A stretch of DNA of 48,974 nucleotides from positions 1 through 48,974 of the forward strand of contig JBKJQV010000347.1 in NCBI GenBank assembly GCA_046593815.1, written 5' to 3'. Numbering within the stretch: the first letter of the stretch is position 1; the number at the start of each line of letters is the position of its first letter. Source of the DNA: Sediminibacterium sp. (GTDB lineage: Bacteria; Bacteroidota; Bacteroidia; Chitinophagales; Chitinophagaceae). A program made the position numbers and the translations under genes. The notes beneath the pieces are model-generated. The model was not told the DNA's origin, ran no database searches, and was given only the letters and a program-made list of their open reading frames with translations. Shown here in pieces: positions 25,196-35,253 of the stretch.

Positions 25196-27643
25196 ATGAG
25201 CACTTTTACAAAATCCATAAAATTCAATTTATCAGAGGCACAGAAAGTTGCCAATGATTTTGAAAACGCAAAAATATTGATCGATAAATATGCTGATCAA
25301 ACTTTTGAACCAGAAAGGATAAAAAATATTAAAGAAAATATAGGAATCCATGCAGGTAGATGGAAAGAAATTGAAGACCTCAACACTGGAGTTGAAATTA
25401 CCGTGGACGGAGAAACATTCACAATCGGGAATTCAAAATTAAGGCACTACGATAAAATAGGCAGGATAAGTCGAGGGATGCACGGAAGTATGATTGCTTC
25501 TCCTTTGGTATTCATCATTAAAGATGAATCAAGTAAAAGTAAATCCATTAGAGATAAATTAAGATTAGAAGGAGTGAAGGATCTATTATATGAAAAATAT
25601 ATTGCGCCAAAAATAGATTTAATTACCAAGCAGGAATTAATGAAAACTGGTACTTCAAATATGTTTGATCTTGATCCTGAGCAGCAACAACAGATTCAAC
25701 AACAAATTCAACAAAGGACTCAACAAGAAAGTCCGGAAGAAATATTAGATATTTTAGATAAAATAAAAACTCCAGATGAGCAAGTATGTCAATTATTATT
25801 CAAACATACTTCAAATGCTCAAAAGATAAAGCAAAAGTATGATACTGGTGGTGAATTTGCAATTATAACTGGCGAAGAGTATTATAGACCGTCTATTATT
25901 AATGGGCTTCCACATCTTCAGGTATTGATACCTTCCCAAGTGACGTATGGGGGCTCACCTAGTAACGATATGGTCGAGGATGGCACATTTGCCACTTACC
26001 ATCAACAGATAAGCATAGAAGACACTATTGCAAGGCACGGACTAGGGTTCTTAAAGGGAGATATAAATAACTTGGACCGATATTATAGCGGAGAGTATGT
26101 TAATGGGTACACAGGGAATAATGCAAGCAACAGGGTGGAAATGCTAATGACTGAGGTTATTGGAAAGGACGCTACTCTTAGTCAAACGAATTTCTTGACC
26201 AGAGACGGACAAAATATGCTTAATGCCGTATATAATAGAATTGGAAATTCAATAGGAGGATATAGAATTTCAGAGAAATACGTAACATGGAGATGGACAA
26301 CTAGAATGAAGGTAGTCACCAGATTATTCAATGGACTTCCAAAAGATTACATTGTTTCTGATCATTATACTAAAAATCCGGCTACTGATTTAAAAGTAAG
26401 AACAATTGTAGTTCCTCAAACATGGCAAGCGACAAGACTTGCTCATGACTGGTACATTAATATTGAACCAATACCTTATCAATATGATTCTATTCAAAAT
26501 CCATTCAATTCAAAACTAGGAATATATGGAGGACAATACAATACATTATTAGGTACCACAAAAAATTATTCATTAATTGATAATGGCAAGATCTGGAACT
26601 TTAGATACAATCAGATTATGGCCAGAATGGACGAGATCGAAAGTACTGATCATGGGAAAATAGCATTACTATATTTGAATTCAAAACCAGAAGGGATTAA
26701 AGTAGAAGATTGGTTGACTGGGATGATTACGAGCAAGATTGGAATCGTAAGTCAAAATAAAGAATTCCAACAATCTGGTGCTGACAAAAAAGTTTTCGAT
26801 AGTGTTGATTTAAGCCGGATGTCAGATGCTGCAGCTACAATTCAAAAACTACAATATACTGAATCAGAATTGCAAAAGTCAATGTATTATTCAGATGCAA
26901 AGTCTGGGGATATAGGACAATATGCAACAAATCAGAATTCGGCTTTACAAGTTGAGGCAACCGACAGGCAATTGAATCCATTCATGTCTAAGCATAGACT
27001 AATTAATACCAATGTTTCTAATGCATTACTTAAATTGTCATTGATTGCCTATAGAGATAACGAGGTTATTAAAGATGCAGTTCTTGATGACTTATTGAAA
27101 GCTCATTACGAGCTTAACATGAAAAACGAGGATATTGGGCAATATGCATTGACCGTGGTGGATACAATGAACGAATTGAACTCAGTCAAGCGAATGACCG
27201 ATCTAGCTCTTGCCTTTGTTCAGAATGGGGTAATAGGCTTAAGCGAGCTAAGTAGATTATTTTCAGCTACAACCATGTCAGAGGCTCAGGATATCATCGA
27301 TGAAGCGGAAGCAAAGAGGAAGAAAGAGATGAATCAGAAAAATGAAGCAGATAAAGAATTGCAAGCACAAAACGCTAAATATCAGCAAGATCTAATGAAG
27401 ATGAAGCAGGAATACGATACGATAGAGGCTAATATGGACAGAAAGATGAAGGTTACTTTAGCAGATATAGGTAGTCATTTAATGTCAAATGCAAATGATA
27501 TCGATGGAAACAAAGTAAGCGATGCATTACAGAAGGCGGTATTAGAGGTTACGGCTAATAAGCAAATAAATGATAATATTCTTGAATTTAAGCGAGAAGA
27601 GCTTAACAAAAAGATAGCAAACGATAGGAAAAAGAGTGCGTAG
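25196..27643 (+). CDS. Portal protein (crAss-like)
   Basis: 815 aa directly after terL; AIITGEEYY motif; coiled-coil C-terminus with NDIDGNKVSD. Confidence 0.85.
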   Translation: MSTFTKSIKFNLSEAQKVANDFENAKILIDKYADQTFEPERIKNIKENIGIHAGRWKEIEDLNTGVEITVDGETFTIGNSKLRHYDKIGRISRGMHGSMIASPLVFIIKDESSKSKSIRDKLRLEGVKDLLYEKYIAPKIDLITKQELMKTGTSNMFDLDPEQQQQIQQQIQQRTQQESPEEILDILDKIKTPDEQVCQLLFKHTSNAQKIKQKYDTGGEFAIITGEEYYRPSIINGLPHLQVLIPSQVTYGGSPSNDMVEDGTFATYHQQISIEDTIARHGLGFLKGDINNLDRYYSGEYVNGYTGNNASNRVEMLMTEVIGKDATLSQTNFLTRDGQNMLNAVYNRIGNSIGGYRISEKYVTWRWTTRMKVVTRLFNGLPKDYIVSDHYTKNPATDLKVRTIVVPQTWQATRLAHDWYINIEPIPYQYDSIQNPFNSKLGIYGGQYNTLLGTTKNYSLIDNGKIWNFRYNQIMARMDEIESTDHGKIALLYLNSKPEGIKVEDWLTGMITSKIGIVSQNKEFQQSGADKKVFDSVDLSRMSDAAATIQKLQYTESELQKSMYYSDAKSGDIGQYATNQNSALQVEATDRQLNPFMSKHRLINTNVSNALLKLSLIAYRDNEVIKDAVLDDLLKAHYELNMKNEDIGQYALTVVDTMNELNSVKRMTDLALAFVQNGVIGLSELSRLFSATTMSEAQDIIDEAEAKRKKEMNQKNEADKELQAQNAKYQQDLMKMKQEYDTIEANMDRKMKVTLADIGSHLMSNANDIDGNKVSDALQKAVLEVTANKQINDNILEFKREELNKKIANDRKKSA

Positions 27644-27680
27644 GCACATAAGCCCATTCTTTTTAGATCAATGCATACCC

Positions 27681-27708
27681 TTGTAAAGTGATCAATAACT
27701 TAGTTTTG
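27681..27708 (+). promoter_or_regulatory. Promoter for the scaffold/capsid genes
   Basis: TTG(27681)...TAGTTTTG(27701-27708) in the only gap between the portal and scaffold genes. Confidence 0.55.
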
Positions 27709-27739
27709 TCATGCAATTCAAGACAAAAAACAAGTTATT

Positions 27740-28831
27740 TTGGTAAACGACAACGACAGTCTAGTATTAAATGAAGTCGATCATATTGACACTTTTGATA
27801 TTTTAAAGCAAATGGGACAAGAACGGTCTAATTCTCCATTAGATATGTTGCCTGGCAGCGATGACGATGATCTTGATGAAGAAGAAGAGGAAGAAGAAGA
27901 AGGAGATACCGGTGAATTATATGACAAAAGCAACTCAAAAAAAGAAGCTGCCGATTCAGACCAAGATACTCCTATAACTATTTTTGCAAAGCAATGGATC
28001 GCAGATGGAAGACTTCCAAGCGATTTCAAAATCACTTCTAAAACTACAGAAGAAGACATTGATAAGGCTTTGTATGATTACAAGTTAAAAAATATTAGTG
28101 ATCAAAAAATCAATGACTACATATCTGAAAACGGATTATCCAAAGAAGATATTGCTAAATTACGTGGTCAAAGGCTAGGAATTGATACTCAGCAATATGA
28201 TAAAGCTAATGCGTATAATCAATTATCTGAATATCAGTTTGATGAAGATGATAATGACTACGAAAAAGATGTTAAGGACTATCTGTCCGTATATTATAGA
28301 GAAATAAAAATTCCTGCCAATAAAATAGAAAGAACAATTAATGATGACCTAGACAGCAATGATTTAGGTGAAACATTAAAAGAGGCAAAAAAATATTTTA
28401 AAGAAAAAGGCGAAAACTTAACTACCTCACTTAAAAATGCTGAAGAAGAAAAAATTAAGGACAATGAGGATAGAATAACACAAAGAATAAATAAGGAAAA
28501 AGAGCTATTAAGTAAAAAAACTATTTCAGGTAAATCCTTTACCGAATCAGAAATAAAATTCATAGAAGACGCACTGTACAATAACACAGAAACGGTGACT
28601 CGTAAAGATGGAACAGCAGTTAAAACCACTCTTTACAATAAGATGATTGCAGAAATGACTAATGATCAGGAAAAGGCTCTTTTGACTAAGGCGCTTTTTA
28701 TTTTACAAGATTTTAAATCAGATAATCCAGAAGAAAAAGCTGCAAAAGGAATTCTTAAGCAATTAACAGGCGTATTAGCAGGTACTCACAATATAAAAAA
28801 CAATAAAGTTTCAATGCGCGAAATAAGCTAA
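27740..28831 (+). CDS. Acidic scaffold-like protein
   Basis: Poly-D/E N-terminus, helical composition, position between portal and major capsid genes. Confidence 0.7.
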   Translation: MVNDNDSLVLNEVDHIDTFDILKQMGQERSNSPLDMLPGSDDDDLDEEEEEEEEGDTGELYDKSNSKKEAADSDQDTPITIFAKQWIADGRLPSDFKITSKTTEEDIDKALYDYKLKNISDQKINDYISENGLSKEDIAKLRGQRLGIDTQQYDKANAYNQLSEYQFDEDDNDYEKDVKDYLSVYYREIKIPANKIERTINDDLDSNDLGETLKEAKKYFKEKGENLTTSLKNAEEEKIKDNEDRITQRINKEKELLSKKTISGKSFTESEIKFIEDALYNNTETVTRKDGTAVKTTLYNKMIAEMTNDQEKALLTKALFILQDFKSDNPEEKAAKGILKQLTGVLAGTHNIKNNKVSMREIS

Positions 28832-28859
28832 TTGAGATATTTAAACTTAAAAAAATACT

Positions 28860-30410
28860 ATGGCAATTCCAGCAAAATTTGAAAAATTTAAAGTATTCCA
28901 ATACGATGCTAGTTCACAAGAATTAGCAAATAAGCTAGTTGACGAGAGAGCATTTTACTCGTATTACCCTCATGCTATGCAATATGACGAGCTTGAGCCG
29001 TCAATGCGGAAAATGGCATCCAACAATTACCCTACGATTATCAAAGGGGATTCGTTGATGAATATCTTTGAACAGCAATCCAAAATAGTAAATACTACTA
29101 TGGATTACATCAGATGGAAGCTGTTTTTTGAAGCGTCTGATCTTAGAGCTATAATCACATCAATTCAATCAACAAACAATGGTTGCTTGGGTGTAAATGG
29201 GTCTATTTTTGAAATGGGAATGACTGCAGATGTGTTCGGTCCAAATGATGTAATTATCTTAGAAGGTCTTCCTGAATTGCCTTTGTTATGTAAATCACAT
29301 CCTAAGTCAATAGGAATTGAATATGTTTATGAATGGGCATTGCTTGATGGCGAAGGATATATCGATTCAGCTTGGATTAAAGTAGGTACACAGGCTAAAG
29401 CTCAAATAGGTTCACTAAGAGGAGAAGGAAACGTAGAGCGTGGTAACGTTCACTGGACTTCTGGAAACTCTTTCATTGAATTTGAAGTACCAATGACCTC
29501 AATGGGTTGGGAAATGAAAGTTACAAACAAAGCATGGTTGGCAGCTAAGCATTATGCTATCAGGCCATGCATGAAAGAATATATTGACATGACCGGTGGT
29601 ACGGATATTGTATTCTCTCAATTTGACAGCAAGTTCAAACAAGTCACTGACAGACAGTTAGACTTATGGATGGCTTGGGGTCGATCATCTGGAAAATATA
29701 CAGGTAAGCACTTAGACGGTATCACCGAGAAGCCGTTAACAACCGGTCCTGGCTGGTATCAATTCATGGAAAGTGCAAACTATCTTGAATTTAATCCACA
29801 TCAAAACATTATTGAATTTTTCAGAAATTATATCCCTCCAACGTGGAATGATAAGGTAAAGATCGAAGATCAAATCCTTGATGTCTATACAGGTAGAGGT
29901 GGATTGACATTAGTTCAGAAAGCAGGAGAAGAGTTAGACAGCAAAGGCGCTGTGCTTCAAACTGCTGAATATAACTATACCACTGAAAAGGCATTTTTCG
30001 CAGGTAGGAAGGCAATTGCGCTTGGAGCCAAGCAATACCGAGCATTCTATATTGAGCCTTTTGGATTGGTTAGATTTCACCATTTACCAATGCTAGATTC
30101 AACTACAATTGATACTAGAAAGTATAATGGTTTACCATATCAATCATACGAATTTATCGTATTCAATGATGGACGTGGTGACGGAAGAGAAGAGAATATT
30201 TACATCTTAAGAAATGAAGATGAATCACAATACTTATATTCTACTGGTACTTGGACACCAACAGGAGCAGCTGGAAAGAATGGCAATGCTCAAAAATACC
30301 ACAACGGTATGGGGAACGAGAATGCATACAAAATCATCAGGGAAGAAAAAGTCGGATTAGCTGTTAAGGATCCAGGTTATATTACTTGGTTGAGAATGGC
30401 AATGAAATAA
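28860..30410 (+). CDS. Major capsid protein (crAss-like)
   Basis: 516 aa; position; YIRWKL, WGRS...TGPGW..., YTGRGG and G.V...HLPMLD motifs resembling crAss-like capsid proteins. Confidence 0.85.
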   Translation: MAIPAKFEKFKVFQYDASSQELANKLVDERAFYSYYPHAMQYDELEPSMRKMASNNYPTIIKGDSLMNIFEQQSKIVNTTMDYIRWKLFFEASDLRAIITSIQSTNNGCLGVNGSIFEMGMTADVFGPNDVIILEGLPELPLLCKSHPKSIGIEYVYEWALLDGEGYIDSAWIKVGTQAKAQIGSLRGEGNVERGNVHWTSGNSFIEFEVPMTSMGWEMKVTNKAWLAAKHYAIRPCMKEYIDMTGGTDIVFSQFDSKFKQVTDRQLDLWMAWGRSSGKYTGKHLDGITEKPLTTGPGWYQFMESANYLEFNPHQNIIEFFRNYIPPTWNDKVKIEDQILDVYTGRGGLTLVQKAGEELDSKGAVLQTAEYNYTTEKAFFAGRKAIALGAKQYRAFYIEPFGLVRFHHLPMLDSTTIDTRKYNGLPYQSYEFIVFNDGRGDGREENIYILRNEDESQYLYSTGTWTPTGAAGKNGNAQKYHNGMGNENAYKIIREEKVGLAVKDPGYITWLRMAMK

Positions 30411-30424
30411 GCAAAATCAAAATT

Positions 30425-31312
30425 ATGATCTATAGTATAAATTACACTAACAATCAAAGCTTTATGAAAGAGTGGGCAAAGGACCCAGGCATAAAGTTGG
30501 AAAAGGATGGAAGGACTAGCGGAACTGGAATGGTGTATAGAAAGGCATCCGTGCCAGGAACGACAGTAAACTTTGCTCCAAAATTTGCAGATGGAAAAAT
30601 GCAAATTGCATTATCGCAAGAAGAGTTGAATCAAGCGGTGGAAGACTTGAATTTCTTCGACAAAGAAGGAACTCAGATAAAAACGGCACCACTTGGTACC
30701 AATAACCATGCTTTCTGGAAGTCAGAACATGCATATTTATTTATTGAAGGAGGCGAAGCTAGGTTAGATGATAGCGAGCCAAAGGGAAAAATCATGTTAG
30801 CAGCAATGCGAAAAGATATCCATTTTTACTTTCTAGGCGAAAATGGAAAACCGCCAGTTGCAAGTATGGTGAAATGGACTGTAAAACCGATTGACAGCAA
30901 GCATACTGCAATCGTTGAAGATGAAGCCAATTCAATGCAAGCGGTTAAGTTCTTACTTGCTTCAGATTACGAGAAGCAGCTTAACATATTGAATTGCATG
31001 GGACGGCAAATGTCAGATAAAACAGATCCAGAAGTAATTCAATCTACTTTATATAGAATGATAACTACGGATCGAGATTTATTTGCTTCTGAAGGAGTTA
31101 CCAATCTGCAAAAGTTCACAACATTAGCAAAGGGATCAAATGAAGATGTAAACGTATTATCGTTGGTTAATAATTGTAAGAAGTATTTCGAAAAACGCCA
31201 AGGATACTATTATTATGGAGAAATCCGATTAGGTAAAACCATGGAAGAGATTGCATTATTTTTGAAAACTGATATAGACTTACTCCATGAGTTAAGTAAC
31301 AAAGTGAAGTAA
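30425..31312 (+). CDS. Conserved capsid-module protein following the major capsid gene
   Basis: Synteny; NHAFW and YYYGEIRLGKTMEEI..FL motifs; start revised to ATG 30425. Confidence 0.7.
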   Translation: MIYSINYTNNQSFMKEWAKDPGIKLEKDGRTSGTGMVYRKASVPGTTVNFAPKFADGKMQIALSQEELNQAVEDLNFFDKEGTQIKTAPLGTNNHAFWKSEHAYLFIEGGEARLDDSEPKGKIMLAAMRKDIHFYFLGENGKPPVASMVKWTVKPIDSKHTAIVEDEANSMQAVKFLLASDYEKQLNILNCMGRQMSDKTDPEVIQSTLYRMITTDRDLFASEGVTNLQKFTTLAKGSNEDVNVLSLVNNCKKYFEKRQGYYYYGEIRLGKTMEEIALFLKTDIDLLHELSNKVK

Positions 31313-31313
31313 A

Positions 31314-32030
31314 ATGATCAAAACAAAGAGGTTAGTTGTCGAATTCGATAGGCGATTTGACAGGTTCTCCTCAGATTATAAAAAGAATCTAAGAATTGAA
31401 GATAAAGTATCTGTTCTTAATGAAGCACAGAGCAAAATTTTTGAAAATAGAGTTTCAGTAGCCGAAACGAATTCAGAGATCAGAAATGACTTGAGAACTT
31501 TTGAATTAAAGAATACTTCTTTAACAAAGTTGAGAGTCGAAAAAGATTTCAGTGTTTTTGTTTTGCCTCCAAATCTTTATAAAATGTTACGTGTAAAATG
31601 TGTGGCATTTAAAGAAGGGTGTGGAAGTAAAGAAATACCGGTTACTATATTTCAAACGGATGACCTGGAACAAGCATTAACAGATGATTTCTGGAAACCA
31701 AGTTTCGAATGGGAAAATATCATTGGAGACGAAGGATCTGAGGGATTTTATGTTTGGCACCAAGATTCATGCAGGATAGATAAAGTAATAATCGATTACT
31801 ATAGATTCCCTCAAGAATTAGAATGTGCATCTATGTCACCTACAGGAATGTATAGAAACGCAGATGACACTTTGATTGACTTTGATGCTGATTGTGAGTT
31901 TGATAAAACCTTTCTTTGGCAATCAATAGTAGATTTAGCAGTATTAATTGCGAGGGGAGATATTGGTGATCAAAGAGATTACCAAATACAAAAAGATAAA
32001 TATTTATTAAAAGATAAAATAGAAAAATAA
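31314..32030 (+). CDS. Virion ring/adaptor-type structural protein
   Basis: LNEAQ, LPPNLY and IDYYRFP...IVDLAV motifs typical of head-tail adaptor/ring proteins. Confidence 0.65.
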   Translation: MIKTKRLVVEFDRRFDRFSSDYKKNLRIEDKVSVLNEAQSKIFENRVSVAETNSEIRNDLRTFELKNTSLTKLRVEKDFSVFVLPPNLYKMLRVKCVAFKEGCGSKEIPVTIFQTDDLEQALTDDFWKPSFEWENIIGDEGSEGFYVWHQDSCRIDKVIIDYYRFPQELECASMSPTGMYRNADDTLIDFDADCEFDKTFLWQSIVDLAVLIARGDIGDQRDYQIQKDKYLLKDKIEK

Positions 32031-33622
32031 TGAGTTCTTATAACAAAATAAGTTATTTAGTAGCCAACACGGACTATCCAATTAAAGCAGCAGGAGTTGC
32101 AATAGATGTCTGCCCATCTGGGGATTGTGGTGACGAGTGCAGGTACAATGCTGTTCCAGGCGAAATACTCATAATTGATCTTGCAACTCGATTGACTATA
32201 GATGCAGGAGATATTGCAACCACAAATAAAGTGGCTATTGCTCAGGCAATTGGTAGAAATGGATGTGCGACAGATTTGAAATTTCTTTTCGGAGATAATT
32301 TTGACTTATGTAAGCATAATTTCGATTTAAATACAGCTTCTCCGAATTGCGGTCAACAACAAATTTTGGATGTTTACTTCCCTACATGCACAGCCATAGA
32401 TACTACTTTTGGATTTGGGGTGTGGCTAGATGATAGTTACGTCCGATCTACAAACGGATACAACAATAAATTACTATACTCGTGGGCAGTAGACAATCAC
32501 AAGGCTGGTTGTACGGATTGTGACGAGGTAGCTGTTTGTGAAGAATTGGTGTGTAAATTGGTTGACAAGATAAATGGTTCAACCCAACCGGATCCAACAA
32601 AGGTTATCCATGGATTAAAGGCAAATTTGTGTCAACATTATCAGCCATTTAGAGCAGCAAGAGTGTACATGGGTACTGGAACCACTAAGAAATTCTGCTT
32701 AACGGTTAGTGACGGAGCAGTAGGATGTAGTGAATGTGCATATCTACCAGCAATAACAGGAATAACCATTAATGCAGTAAGTACGCCATTTGCATACACC
32801 GTAGATCCAAGTGATCCAACAAGATCATTGAAATCTCAAATAAATAGAATTGTTTCATTGATAAATAAAGCATTGAAGCCGATTGGTGGACATGCGTTCT
32901 TGACAAAAGGACTAGGCAATTGCTGTGATTATGGAATAGAAATAAACACATGTGCTACAACTGTGACATTAAATACAATTGTAAATGCATTGCCAGTGGC
33001 AATGGCACCTTGCGCTGTTGAAAATAATAATCCAACACAAGCGGCTGAAGTAATTTGTCGCGATTGTGGTGCTACGCCTGCTCCGATAGCAGTTACTTGT
33101 GCAATACGATTGTTTGTAGATCAGATGGAAGTTCCATGCAATTGTGCATATCCTCCAAATCTACCCCCTCCTAATACCTATATCAGAACGTTACAGCCTG
33201 GACTTTTAGGCGATGGACTCGGATCTAATTCAATTACCGTTGTAACAAAACAAGAACCAGAATACCCAGAAGGATTTGGATATTATTATCAAAATGCTGC
33301 TAGATACCAGTCAAATGGTGGACATGGTGGTGATTGGAGATACACAAATACAAACCGTGGATTTGTTGGGTTGCCAGATGAAGGATCAAGAGATTCAAAT
33401 AATGAAGTATTGTGTGAAGAAACATATTGCGTGTATGACTTTGAAGTGCATTACAATGCAAATGGATTCCACAACAACGCATTAAACTTTAATCAAAAAT
33501 CCAAAGCGGTTGTGTTGATTAGATCTAAAAATACGGTATTGATTCCACAATGGGAGGCTATATTGTTAGCATTAAAAACTAGAGGAGTTTGCTCTTCTAT
33601 TAATTATATCTGTACTCCTTAA
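32030..33622 (+). CDS. Cys-rich structural protein (auxiliary-capsid-like)
   Basis: Synteny; many CxxC pairs; Q...YPEG.G and CEETYCVY motifs. Confidence 0.65.
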   Translation: MSSYNKISYLVANTDYPIKAAGVAIDVCPSGDCGDECRYNAVPGEILIIDLATRLTIDAGDIATTNKVAIAQAIGRNGCATDLKFLFGDNFDLCKHNFDLNTASPNCGQQQILDVYFPTCTAIDTTFGFGVWLDDSYVRSTNGYNNKLLYSWAVDNHKAGCTDCDEVAVCEELVCKLVDKINGSTQPDPTKVIHGLKANLCQHYQPFRAARVYMGTGTTKKFCLTVSDGAVGCSECAYLPAITGITINAVSTPFAYTVDPSDPTRSLKSQINRIVSLINKALKPIGGHAFLTKGLGNCCDYGIEINTCATTVTLNTIVNALPVAMAPCAVENNNPTQAAEVICRDCGATPAPIAVTCAIRLFVDQMEVPCNCAYPPNLPPPNTYIRTLQPGLLGDGLGSNSITVVTKQEPEYPEGFGYYYQNAARYQSNGGHGGDWRYTNTNRGFVGLPDEGSRDSNNEVLCEETYCVYDFEVHYNANGFHNNALNFNQKSKAVVLIRSKNTVLIPQWEAILLALKTRGVCSSINYICTP

Positions 33623-33631
33623 TAGTAAATA

Positions 33632-33859
33632 ATGAATATAATTAAAGTAATATCTGGAATATTTAAAATCGGGAAAGAAGGCAGTACTGACTTCGGGAAA
33701 GTACTAGATGCTCAATCAGAGTGTTGTGCTGGAGTTAATTGCTGCCTACAAGTTTTAATTATGAAGGATCAAATCACTAAAGTAAAAACAGTCGGGTACT
33801 TCAAAAGTGGAGTATGGACAGTGAAAACTTATGCTGCATTTAAAGCTGACGGGGCATAA
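33632..33859 (+). CDS. Small Cys-containing protein
   Basis: ECCAGVNCC motif. Confidence 0.65.
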   Translation: MNIIKVISGIFKIGKEGSTDFGKVLDAQSECCAGVNCCLQVLIMKDQITKVKTVGYFKSGVWTVKTYAAFKADGA

Positions 33860-33861
33860 AG

Positions 33862-34365
33862 ATGGAATGTCCATGTCGTAAAAACTCATTCGATCTGCGA
33901 ATAAGCCACACAGATAGAAAGCACATGCTTATAACTGATGTTGGTGAGTGGATGAATAATGAGAAACCAGAAAATTGCGACATTAGGATAACAAATGCTC
34001 TTCATAATATTACAAGCATTGTAAGTATTTTAGCAAAAGGGACAAATGTTTTATCAACAATAGAATTATTTGGAACTGAAAAAAAACTATGCTTACAGGA
34101 TGGGTTTTATTGTATAAGCGCTGATTCTTGTGGACATACATACACGATTAACAGAGTTTATTTAGCGAATACAGCTTGCATGATCGATCAGCTCTATGTT
34201 AAAGCAAAAACAAAAGAGCACAAAGATAAAATAAACGATTTTTATCAAGATTTAAAAATGATTGAAATTAACACAAATATTGGTAGGTTAAAGTCGGCAC
34301 AAGAAATATTTACGACATTAACTAAGAAGCTGAAAGCACTTGGATGTAATGATTGCGGATGCTAA
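33862..34365 (+). CDS. Structural protein of the virion module
   Basis: LQDGFYCI motif and C-terminal CNDCGC. Confidence 0.7.
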   Translation: MECPCRKNSFDLRISHTDRKHMLITDVGEWMNNEKPENCDIRITNALHNITSIVSILAKGTNVLSTIELFGTEKKLCLQDGFYCISADSCGHTYTINRVYLANTACMIDQLYVKAKTKEHKDKINDFYQDLKMIEINTNIGRLKSAQEIFTTLTKKLKALGCNDCGC

Positions 34366-35242
34366 ACCAATTAATACGTGTTGCGACAGATGTAAAGACA
34401 TTTGTTATGATATAGATAGCCAAACTATACTAGATGCTATTTATGCCGCAAAAGTATTCTTAAGTGATAATTCAATTAAAAAGAATAATTTCCTAAAGCA
34501 AGGATATATAAAAGGGGTTCTTTGTAAAGATGAAGAACTAGATCTGACACAAAATATTGAAATATTAGAAAAGCATCTTGAATTAAATAGAATAGATGAT
34601 TTCCAAAAATGCTTATGCGATAATGAAATAAGTCAACTGGTAGATAATATACTAGGTATTGCAAATATTTCTTGTTGCACAAGTTCTGATAGAGCTGATC
34701 TTATTACTGATTCAACAGGATATGACGCATGGGTTGTAAAAAATCCAGATGCCGTAGTTTATGAATCATGGGAGGCTTCGTTTCTTGGAATATGTACTAA
34801 GTTTAGTTTGTCTGAAATGTTTGCAGAACAAAATATGACAATACTTTATCAATTAAGTGTTGCAAATATTACAAATAAATGCGATCTAATTACTGCAATA
34901 AGCATACAGAATGAAGTACGCGAAGAAATGCAAGTGAATTTTGAGGTTGGAGAGATTAAAGATTGCATAATTGATTATGATATTTTAGTATCAAAAACAA
35001 ATTGTGATTTAAAATTAGATACATATGTGACTCTAATAAATTGCGGAGTGAAAGCAGAAGTGATCAGTAAATTAGTAGAATGTGGATTTAAAATTGAAGC
35101 CAATGCAAAAAAACAAAGTTGCGACATTTTTATAGATGCAATTACTAAAATAACGCTGTGTGATTATAAATTTTCTTTGGATAGCAAAAACATAAATTGC
35201 GAATTGGCATCAGATATTTTAGGGGTCGAATTCTGCAAGTAA
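34340..35242 (+). CDS. Cys-rich hypothetical structural protein
   Basis: 300-aa ORF in the structural operon. Confidence 0.7.
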   Translation: MDVMIADAKPINTCCDRCKDICYDIDSQTILDAIYAAKVFLSDNSIKKNNFLKQGYIKGVLCKDEELDLTQNIEILEKHLELNRIDDFQKCLCDNEISQLVDNILGIANISCCTSSDRADLITDSTGYDAWVVKNPDAVVYESWEASFLGICTKFSLSEMFAEQNMTILYQLSVANITNKCDLITAISIQNEVREEMQVNFEVGEIKDCIIDYDILVSKTNCDLKLDTYVTLINCGVKAEVISKLVECGFKIEANAKKQSCDIFIDAITKITLCDYKFSLDSKNINCELASDILGVEFCK

Positions 35243-35253
35243 AAATAACATAA